DNA from: Oculina patagonica
Lineage: Eukaryota
DNA length: 64,000 nt
Assembly: GCF_052425735.1 (NCBI RefSeq)
Contig: NC_135770.1
Span: 21,576,001 to 21,640,000 of the forward strand
Direction: 5' to 3'
Below are positions 49,825 through 61,000 of this stretch, in pieces. The notes under the pieces were generated by a model. It searched no databases, had not been told where the DNA came from, and saw nothing but the letters and a program-made list of their open reading frames with translations. A program made the translations under genes and the position numbers. The first letter of the stretch is position 1. Every line of letters starts with the position of its first letter.

Positions 49825-52021
49825 CTATTGATTATTAGGGTATGCTTCCTTGACTGGGATAACTTTCGTTTTTGTCGGCCGGGAACGGAACCAAAAATAA
49901 GCCAAAACTGCTCCAAGTATGACTATGGCCACGAACATTATTACACTTATTGCTATTAAAGCATTTCTCGTGGTGTTGCTTGTGCTAGCTTTGGTTACAG
50001 AAGAGTCTGTCTTTGGCACGCACTGAAAATCTTTTACGCTTGTGCAGTAGTCCGTGGAGAAGAACACGTTATCTGGCGCGCTCTTGAATCCAGTGTTTAG
50101 GCGGATGATCTTGCCAAGCGTGAGGGAATGGACCTTGTCGATTTCCTGTCAATATAAACAAAATTTTAAACGTTAAAATTACATGTATACATGTATATGA
50201 AGATAACAACTTTTGAGACATGTGCAAATGTTGATGAAGGACAAGGGGGGTCTCTGGGTTACTCTCTCAGAATATTTTTCAACGCCATAAATTATAAACA
50301 CATGGACCCTTTCATAAAGCAATTAAATTAAATTCGTTAATTTAGATCGACATCCATCTCAATCTTCACCGCGGTCAAACGTGTCAGCCAGCTTTCTCTC
50401 TATTTCGGCAAATTTCGTTCATATTGAAGTGTTAATAAGAGCAAGGATAGATAAATAGTTGCTGAGTGTAAAATATATTCTCGTTCCCTCAGGTAAACGA
50501 GTGTTTTTACCTTTTAAATGTTCCGCATCCGAGCCAAAGTGCTTTGGCAAATGGCGCCGACAAGTCCACATATCGCTATTTTCAAACACGTCGATTTTTT
50601 AGTAAATCTCCAAAAAACTTAGTAAATCGTCAGGATACCGGTTATATATCGAACTTTGAACTGTGAAAATTAAAACCTTATCTTTGAAGTACTTTTCGTA
50701 TTTTTTGCATATTTCTGTCGTTTAACCGCGGTTGAATCTCAATCATTTGTAGTATCAATACATGCAAAAAAATTAATAAACTAGGGCCTGTTTACATGAT
50801 TCCGGAATGACTTTCATTCCGGAACGAGTTCATTCCATCCCCATACATTTGTCTGTATCTGTTTACATAATCGTTTACATGATACCGAGACGAAAGTCAA
50901 GTCATTCCGGAATGAGTTCATTCCGGTTTTCATTCCGGAATGAAAGTTTCGTTCCGGAATGACATTTCATTCTGGTATCATGTAAACACAGAACGAATTT
51001 CGTTCCGAGATGAAATCGCAACTCATGAAACTGCATACGGACTCCACAGTTTGAATTGAGAGCGAAAAAACGTAATAGCATTTACTGTTTAGCCCAAAGA
51101 AGTAGCTCTATGGACAAATTACTCGTTAAAATTGCAGATACGGCAATAAATGGGCACAAAAACATGTTTGCGCGAAACATGCGCCGTCTTGTTTTGATCT
51201 CGCGCGAAACATGCGCCACCTTGTTTTGATCTCGCGCGAAAACCGCGCACGTGAAAATGCCTTTGGTTGAACCGGTCGACTCTGTCATGTAAATGCAGAA
51301 CGAACTTCATTCTGGAACGAGTTTCGTTCCGGAATGAAAGTCATTCCGGAATCATGTAAACAGGCCCTAACTAACGCTCCACAGCTACCTCCTTGGTAAG
51401 ATAACGTTCATACCAGAACCGGTCGCCGTCTCTAATTCTCAAGAAGTTACGCATCAGGATTCTGAAAAAAAAAATTCTGTGCATTACTTTTTCTCTACGT
51501 TTTTTTCTGCTACACATAAAGCAAGCTTTGCTACTTTGAGCTAAGGCGCGGATACCAAGCCTGGATACCAAGTAATTTAGCTCATGTATGGCTATGAAGG
51601 GTGAAGCGGTACATATTCATTGATATTCACTTACACTTTTCAAACTAACTTATAACACCAACCATATATAAACCTATAGTTCTGTCCAAAACTCTTTCTG
51701 CAAGTTCAGAATTACTTACGTTCTAAAAGTTGGTCCCAGTTCACTGCCACTGTCGTGGTCCTCAGCCAAGCCTCCAACCCATAAGTCAACATTGTTTATG
51801 TCTTGGTAAAGATCCTCCATTTTTGTAACAGTCTTGGAATCTTTGGTGATCTCCGAAAAAGTGCTGAGCCCTTCAATGAAAAAAGGCTAAATTTAATTAA
51901 CTTTTTTGACAGTTCAAACGGCTAAAAGATGAGTGAAGAAAACAGTCGTGATTTCCAGATCAAAAGAAATACGTCACGCACTAACAAAGAACGAAACGAA
52001 GAACGAACGAAGGAACGGACG

Positions 52022-52056
<35 letters not shown>

Positions 52057-55000
52057 GAACAAACAACATAAACAAACAACTAAAAGAAGCAAGGAAAACA
52101 TGGATGTATTCAGACGTCTGCGCTACTTGATGTAACATGAATGCGAATGATGCACGCATTGTGTATTTTAAAAACACTACCTTTCAAACCAAGCGCCTTT
52201 CTCGCTGTGTTGTAATCTGGTAAGCCGTGATCTCTTCCGCGCTGTATATTTTTAGCCGCTAAATCTGAACCAAGTTTAAGACCAGATGGAAACAATGCGT
52301 TCCTCATGTCATCCACCATCTAGATGGAAAAGGGAGAAATGGAATGGTAAGGAAAGGCAGGGAAAGGAAAGAAAAGGAAAGGGAAGGAAAGGAAAGGCAA
52401 TATCATTTAAAGATCTTCTACTACAAGCAGGAAGTTCCTAATAGTATGCTACATAAGTGATGACTTATGACGATTCTGACAAGAGTCATGTTAATCCTAT
52501 CTCAATTGATCATAAACTAGGTAACTAGCAGGCGAAAAAATGTTATTTCAATTGCAGGTTAATTGTATTAAAAATCCTCAAAGCCGCGAGGTGAACATTA
52601 ATTACAAACCTTTAAGTCGACTTCTTGAGCAGCCTGTCTGACCGCACCCCTAAAGAGAGGCTCTATTCCTCCCTCCCTCGACACTCTTTCAGGAGAAAAG
52701 TAAACATCTCTTAGAGCGAGGTGACCGTAATGAGACATCGTACCATCCTCTTCAAACCGCCACAAGTGAGTGTTGACTTGACTATGACCGAACCTTAGGA
52801 GGAAAAAAATTCTTTACGTTAATCGCATGAATGTGATGGCAGTTAAAGATTTATTACGAGTGCTATTTGGAAATTTTTTTTAAATTTGCACGAGCCTTTT
52901 AGGCAGGTGTAATTTGAAGCAATATCCAAATATCACGAGTAGTGTAAATCTTTAATTGGTCAAGCTTTCCTCCGATTGCACATTTTATTTTATATATAAC
53001 TGAGAAAAGCGTGCGCATTTAATTGGACAGCAGTTCAAATTAAAAATTGACGTTAAATTTGACTGCTCTCAGCCAATCACCATAAAGTAATTTTCTAAAC
53101 CATATAATAATTCGTGTAATGAGATTCGTGTTATGGTAAAGCTACATCAATTTGGCATAAATTTTGCATTTTATCAGGGCTTTTATTACCTGAAAGCTGC
53201 TGTTGACATCATGTTGCTCATACCAACGTTTATGCTCTTATTGTACCCCTGATAAGGAGGTATGAACTGAGTGCTCCCCAAAGCCGCTGGCAAGTATTCA
53301 CGGAACGTGATGGCCTGGATCTCAGCTGCTACTAGGCGACGGGCGGCCTGGAATATTTGCTCATCTGTCGCCTGGGGAATAGAACAGATAAACACAAGAT
53401 ATTATACGTTTCTACAAATGGTAACAGTAGTTTTCAAGTGTCTTGGGTTTTGATAGGTAACTAGAAATTTTTTTGAAAATTGCTCTTTACATTCTGACAA
53501 AAACAGTTATCATTATCATTAACAGTACTCGTATAATGTCAGAGCGCACGCGCTCTTTTTCTCTCTATTCGAACACGCTCGTTATCCCCATTTTTCGCCC
53601 GCCGGCCTTTCTTTAGCTTTATGCCACTGGCCGTCATTAAAATGGGATTGGGTTCAGCATTTTGTCGTAGCAAAATCAACAATGACTACTTATTTACCTG
53701 TGGATTTTTGCTTTTGTATTCGTCACAGAGTCGGTTGTGTTCCCGCACAAAGAGAGTGTGAAGTGCAATCAGTCCTGGCTGTTCATTGGCTCTTGAGTCC
53801 CCTGCAGCCACCAGACGGCTTGCATCGCGACCAACAGGGTTGTCATTTGATACAGCCTCTGTGTTCTCCTGTTTACCATACACAGAAATATTTATTTACT
53901 ATGTAGGCAACAAAACACCTGTTTACTTTACGTTTCATTGTTTATTTAAAAAACTTTTTCTGAACATGCTTGTGAAACAAAAATAGTTAAAATAAGCGAC
54001 AATAATACAGAACAGTGTTATTAATTTGTGTCTTTTATTTTAACGATAATTCACGACAACTTACCGGCAATAGATCTCCTAGCCCAACTTTCATCTTTCC
54101 ATCTTTAAATTCTCGCAAAGCCTTGTTCCTTTCTTCTGTTTCACCGTATACAACAGAGCCATCGATAAACGACGTTAGTTTATTAACTTGTTGCCTTGGA
54201 GTGTTGGTACGTCGGCCTGTGCACCTGATTAGACATAACAACAATATATCTAAGATGACTGGCCACATCCTGACTACGACCAAAGCATCAAAAGTAGGAT
54301 AATAATAAATCTAGCTGTTCCCATTTATTCTTTTTTAAAAATAACGTTATTAGAGTCAGAACGAAAGAATGTTGTACAATGAATAGCCAAACGCAATAAG
54401 ACTACTCTTCTGCATCATTAGTTGGAAGATTCGGGAGATTGCCTGCGCCCGGTACAGTCTCTCGTCCGGGTAATTTAAGGCCATGTTACACGCAATTTTT
54501 CCTGCAACTTGCAACGCAACGATGACGACTAAAAAACATTGCATGTTGCAGAGGAGGTGTCACACCCACGCAACTTGCAACTTTCAACTTTCGCAACTTG
54601 CAACGCGCCGGCTGAATAATTAAAATCTCAGCGGTAACGATTGGCTCTGAGCACTCCGATTGGCTAATTCCAGTACAATTGCGTTGCAGGTTGCGCTTAA
54701 TATGTTACACGCAGCAACTTGTCTCGCAACGTTGCGAAAAGTAGAGGATAGTTCAACTTTTTCTGCAACTTGCAACACAACATTTTGTTGCGTTGCAGGT
54801 TGCGAAAATGGGGGTGTTACACGTGCAATTTTTTCGCAACTTGCAATGCAACGTTTGCTGCGTTGCACGTTGCAGGAAAAATTGCGTCGTGTGACATGGC
54901 CTTAAGGGTTGGCGGACGAGAGATGTACTACCTGGCATATTCGGCGTCACCAGCTAAGTAATGTGGCAGCTTTGATAAGGTTGAAATTCTACTGGTCCTC

Positions 55001-58000
55001 TGGTGCTATTGTTCTCTGGAAAAGTGGCGAGCCATTCACGTGAGACTTTGCGAAAGCCTACCAACCCAAACCCCACTGAAACTTAACTTCCACAAGTAAA
55101 TATTCACAGCTTGTTTATGAGCGAAGAAATAAAAAAAGGACAAAGTACGAGTTGCAAGTTACTAAGGATTAAAAAAAACAGTTCTCAAACCTGTTGAAGT
55201 TCGTACGCACGAAAGGAAGGTAAACGTTGCCTTCGTTCTGTCTGTCAAAATGAATATCTCCCTGCATCAAGACAAGGTAAAAAAGAAAGCATTTGTTAAA
55301 CAGAAGAACCAGTCATTTATTCCATGGATGGTAACAGAAGCTTCAATATAACAGTAAGGGACAGTGCGTCCCGAGCTCTTAAAACGCCAAACCGGAGAGG
55401 AAAATATGCGTTTTCCCAAATTTATAGAGATTAGTGTGGACGGCGCCTCATATTTTGTTGTTGTTGTGTGTGTTGTTGTTGTTGTTGTTGTTGCTATTTT
55501 TGTAGTTGTCATTGTTTTTGTAAAAGTGGAGATAATCTATAAATGAAGTGAACTATCAAAGGAGAACGGGGGCTACCAGATATCCAAAGAGTTATAAATC
55601 CTCGGCAAGCTGTCGAGGCAGCCACCAGCACTGTAATTGTCTAGTCAGCTCTTCCTACGACGTCATAACATGTCTTACATGAACTGCGTTCGCAGTAGGT
55701 ATGCACACAAGCAATTCACACGTTCAAAAGCCATTTAGAAGATTCTCAAAACTGACCTTTGGAACTGGAATAGGTAGCAAGACGTCACTCATTATATCAA
55801 AATCGCGACTTGACAGCGTAGGTGATGAATCTGTGTCATGCGCCAGAAACTGTAAAGAATAAAGAAAACAACGAGGGTCAAAAAGTGGCCGTGTGGTTAT
55901 CATTTTGTCACATGTTACTGCCATAATGTAACATTCGTCTTACTACACGCTTTCGTCGTATTGTCACCTCACGAATGAGTGATAAATTTTCGCCAAACTG
56001 AAGGACATACCGCTGATTGTTTACACTCTAACAAACCCTTTCAGACAGATGAGAACCCCTCTTTAGACACCATGTGGGATTTCTTACCTGCCCAAAATTC
56101 GGATGAAAATCACTGAGTCGGCGAGCGCTAATCTTGGATTCAATCTGCAATAATATACAAATCATTTTTATTAGCGCCGCTGTAAAAACCTTACATTTTT
56201 TCTTGTTCTTGTACCAAACATAAGTACGATAGCCAGTTGCTGACCTGGAGTAAGTTGCGTTCCTTTTTTACTGAAAACAAACTTTCTCGAAGAGAAGACA
56301 GAACTACAGTAAGCGGCATTGAATTAAGCGACCACCCTGACAAATTCTTGGGAATTGCAACATATATTTATTGTTCACGCTACCTGTTTTAACTGTCACC
56401 CTTTTCTGTGGGCGCGGTCGCTTTTAACAAGTTTCAGCTGGGGTATTTTAATGTCCTAGGCCTGCGTTCAACGGTCACTTTAAATAAGCGTATTTTCAAG
56501 AAATGGTTAACGCTTGTGCAAATGGACTGTAATATGATATGATTTCACTGAAAACCGAACGACTGCAACAGACGTTCCACGGATGACCATGATGTCGACG
56601 TCCTTGCGAATGAACATTTCTTTGAAACAGCTTGGTGGGAAACCTTTATTAACAGTCCGAACTAAGCGGTCACCAAACCCATACCCAAGGGAGACCATTT
56701 CAAACAAGAAAACCACAGAGGCTGACCGTGTATGTTGAGAACCTTTTCTCATGAGTCTTACCTGCTGGAAAAGCTCATTGCTTATTTCTCTCGGAGAGGG
56801 CCTGTTAGCGCCCGCGGGCTGAGCGATGCCGTCAGCGTACATGGCAGGTGCATCACGTGCCACGTCCTCCAGCGCTGCACCCCAAAACACGTGATCTTTG
56901 TTGTTCGAGGTGCCATCCAGACGTCTAAAATACAAAAGAACATAGGTCCGCAGTTCGTACGTATTTGAGCTGTTATTATGCATAAAAATTGCTTACTAAG
57001 GTTTACACGTACATCTTTATAGCCATATCAAAACACACAAAACACAAGTAAGAGGGTTGGAATATTATGGCCTGTATTTTTCTTGTAAACGTACTTGGAA
57101 ACGTTGCCTTTTTTGATTTAGAAGGAAAGCAGATAACATGAAACACTCGACAACACGGAGTAAACGATTCCAGAAATTAATATTCACTCTTGATTGATAA
57201 AGTCATTTTAGACATTTTTACCCTGTGCCCCCCCCCCCCCCCCGTTTCACCGGCTGGTCAATGTTGTCTGAATTACTGATAACGTTCAACTTTAAGCAAA
57301 ATATTAAAAGGGGAAGGGAGTTTAGATTAAAAATTATTTGGTTATCTTCCCAAAGAGGGCATTGTTTCGAAGAAAAAATATGCCATTTCTAAGAGAGTAT
57401 CCTCAAAATTTTAAAACTGCATGTACGAACACAGGCTTCAATTTCGTTATTTTTCTTTTATTTCAATCCCTTTAGAATAACGAAAGACATTTTAATGTCT
57501 TAAAAGTATTAAAATATTAAAATACTCTTCTGCACCAATTAACATGATTAAAGCAAGGTAAAGAATCATCAATTTAACAACATCCATTTCTTACCTATCA
57601 TCTGTTACACTCGGCGTGGAACCTATTTTCCTTCCCGCTTGACATTCGCTCGCAGTGCTTTGTGTAAACACAACATAAGACGTGGTACTGGTGGTCAGCG
57701 GTTGTCCGCCTGGACTAGGTAATACTCCCACCGTGTACTTGAAGGTCTCGTTGCCAAGGTCCGTGTGTTCTACGCCAAGATTTATTTTCAAATCCAACGT
57801 TTTCCCATCTGAATTTATGGTGACTTTTGATTTTGAAGGCTAAAGAGAAAAATATTATTGAACTGTTATCCTTTGTTCGCATTTAACACTATTTTTTACA
57901 TTAAACCATAGTTAATAGAGGGAAATGGTTACGAGGCCCGGCAAACACCAAAGGAGCAAAAAAAAGAGGCCATGATTTATTTTGGAAAGAACATCTTTTG

Positions 58001-61000
58001 TTTTGCGCTTATACACTAGACCATATGCATGAATTACGTAATAGCAATGTTTCTATTGGTTAGTTGCATGAACACACGTAACCACCTATTGTATATTGTC
58101 AGGTTTTGTGCAGGATCAGCCCCCAAAATAGCGAACAAAAACATAGAATTAAGAACTTTTCCGGGCTTCCTAACCATTTTTCGCTATTAACTATGATTAA
58201 ACTGGGTTGCGATCAACACTTCTTCAAGTGCCAGAAATAATTTAAACTTTATGAGCATTTATCATTTTGAACATCTCTTTGAAACACTTTGTATGATTTC
58301 CATCAAGTAAACTCTAATCTAGGGACTTCTAGAACTAAATCAGCTTTAGCGTGATGCAAAACATGTCAAGAAAACTTCTAGAAATAACAAAATTAATTGT
58401 TTCGCATAATTCAATTTGTTTAAGTATTTGACCTACCTGTTGATTAATCTGTGTAACGTACAAAGAGAAACATTTGTCAAGCGACGAGTATGGAAACGTT
58501 TTCCCAGAATCAGAGCTGAAAGAAAAATTCAAAATAGATTCCAAACATTGTTATCATCTGATTACTTCCTATAATATAAATGTACTGTCAAAGGACATCG
58601 TAATCTGAAAGAGGCTAAAGACAAGAGGAGGGACGAATAAGCAATCACGACACCTTTTTTTCCTAACGTAAATTCGTTCACTCGTCTAGTTTTAAGATCG
58701 GTTATTTTCCTAGTGTATTATCCGCAGCTGCAATTTAACATGTTTAGTAACTTTTACTTGGACAAATGCGTGTTAAGAGTAGAAGCTAGTTCTTTTCTTT
58801 TGAACTGGAGACATTAACCCAAAAGCAAACTAGAAGGAGGCAAGTAAGGTCAATTGACACGCGCGTTTGAGCGCGTCACAGGTGCGTCCTTAATTACGGC
58901 GGCAACGGCAACGAGAACGCAACCAAACAAAAGGTTTAATGAGCAGAACAATAGCTCTGCACGCGCGTTAAGAACAACGTGAAATTACCAAATCTTGCGT
59001 GAATTATAGAACATGAACTTCAATGGCTAAGGGCCTGATTACATGGCGAATTTCATCCCGGGTTGAAATTTCAGCCCGGCATCCAAAACAAATCTTCTTA
59101 AAAACACGTCTGCGATTATCTGAAGAAAGTTTCATCCCGGGCCGAATTACAGCCCGGGCTGAAATTTCCAGCCCGGTTTCTGAAACCGGGCTGGAAATTT
59201 CAGCCCGGGAAAACGGGCTGAAAAACCTCATGTAATCGCGTCTTCAATTTCAGCCCGGGCTGAAAGTTAGCTTGCGGATGCGCAGTGGTGGTTTTCAACG
59301 AAAGAAAATGGCGGCCACGATAATTATTCAATTTTAAAAGTGCTCAGCCCGGGCGAAAATTCTCCCTGTAATAGCAACAAAATTCCAGCCCAGCAAACCG
59401 GGCTGAAATTTCAGCCCGGGCTGAAGTTCCCCATATAATCGGGCCCTGATTTTTCATATTTCTATTTGAAATTTATTCTTTGCTTGGCGTTTTAATTTCT
59501 TCGGCGTCCCATCGACATTGTTTAGGCTCCCTGTTCTACGTACCGTAACTCAGTCGTTAGTTATTTCGTAAGTCAGGTCAGTCACAGCTGATTCCAATGA
59601 AATATTTACCTGTTGGGATGTACTACTCGCAGTCTTGTATCAGGAGGCACGTCAGAGTACGTTATCGTGACACCGGACGGCCACGTGACGTTAACAGTCA
59701 CCTGACCGCTGTTTCGCCCCAGTCCAAAGTGAGCGGCACGAGAACTCTGACCCAGGAAGTGTGTACTTGAACCGATTTCTTGTACCTAATAAGAAGGAAA
59801 GCTTTGTCGGAAGGGAGCTTATAATGCAAAAATGTCTTTTTCAAGACCAGGTCAAGAGCTTTCAATCGTTAATTTTAACTGATTACTTGAAGATTTGCCC
59901 TCCAACGACGCTTAATAAGCTCGTGGCATGTTATCGTAAATACTCTTTTTCTTTGGCCATCGTAAAAAAGACACGCAAACTGCGGTGATGAACATTACGG
60001 ACAAACGCATTGTTGGAAAAAAATAGACCTTTTACTTGACGTTTCGTATGCTTCTACATACATCTTCAAAAGTAACCGTTAAATGGAAGTACAACTAAAT
60101 TGTAATTGGCATGTTGTTGTCGTTGATGATGTTGTTGTTGTTGCCTGCTGTATTTGTTGTTGTTTTCGTTCTGTTCTTGTTGTTGTAGTTTTCAAAATTC
60201 CTTCTACAAGAGGCAATTTCTTTAGCTTTATATTGTTAATTTGAGTTTATAGTTTTGTCGATGACGTCAGTGCTGTTTTAACACTTTCACTTCCAACAAT
60301 GGCCAACTTCTAAATTTTAAGGTAACTGACGAGCGTTATGATGCTCACAGTCAAAGGATATAACATGAATGAAGTGCGTCTCAGCTTTAGCGATTCAGCT
60401 CTAGTAGAAACTGCATGAGACAGCAGCTCACAGACATTGTGGACGACAAGATAAGCAAGTACCTGTTTGTGGTTATTTCCCATCGTAACTTGCACACGGG
60501 CACCAAGGCTGTCACATAATTTATGTTCATTCTTGAGGCACCTGGAAGAATGGATGGTGGATAATTTCATAACAGTTTTATGTAAAATTCAGTTGGCAGT
60601 TTGGAATATACGTCAAAGCAAACAGATCTATTAAAAGGAACGAGTGAAAGCGATGAATAACGTACCGCTGTACAACACGTACTCTTATCCAGTTGTTTGG
60701 CTCTTTTTGTTGATATTGGTAGAAAAATGGAGCTCCAACGTTATTGCAAACTATGATGTCTTCATCGCCATCATCTGCACACAAGATAAAAGGGTTAAAA
60801 AATGTAGGTAATATTCATCCGGTGTTCAGCGTAATGTTAATACAAAGAACTGGTACCATCACCTGAACGCCTGTAACGCCTTTTCAGGTCCAGGTTGGAA
60901 CTATTGTAAAGTTCTCCTTTTTAACTTTCCCTCAGTTATGCCAATTACCACCTTACCATGTAATATTGACAAGAATTCGATGATGTATCAAGATATTATG

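Noticed and set aside
50784-51367. Regularly spaced TTCCGGAA repeats resembling a CRISPR array (also 54.5 kb and 59.1 kb)
   Set aside because: The units are short, irregular and palindromic, bounded by TIRs inside eukaryotic introns, with no unique spacers and no cas genes. They are MITEs.
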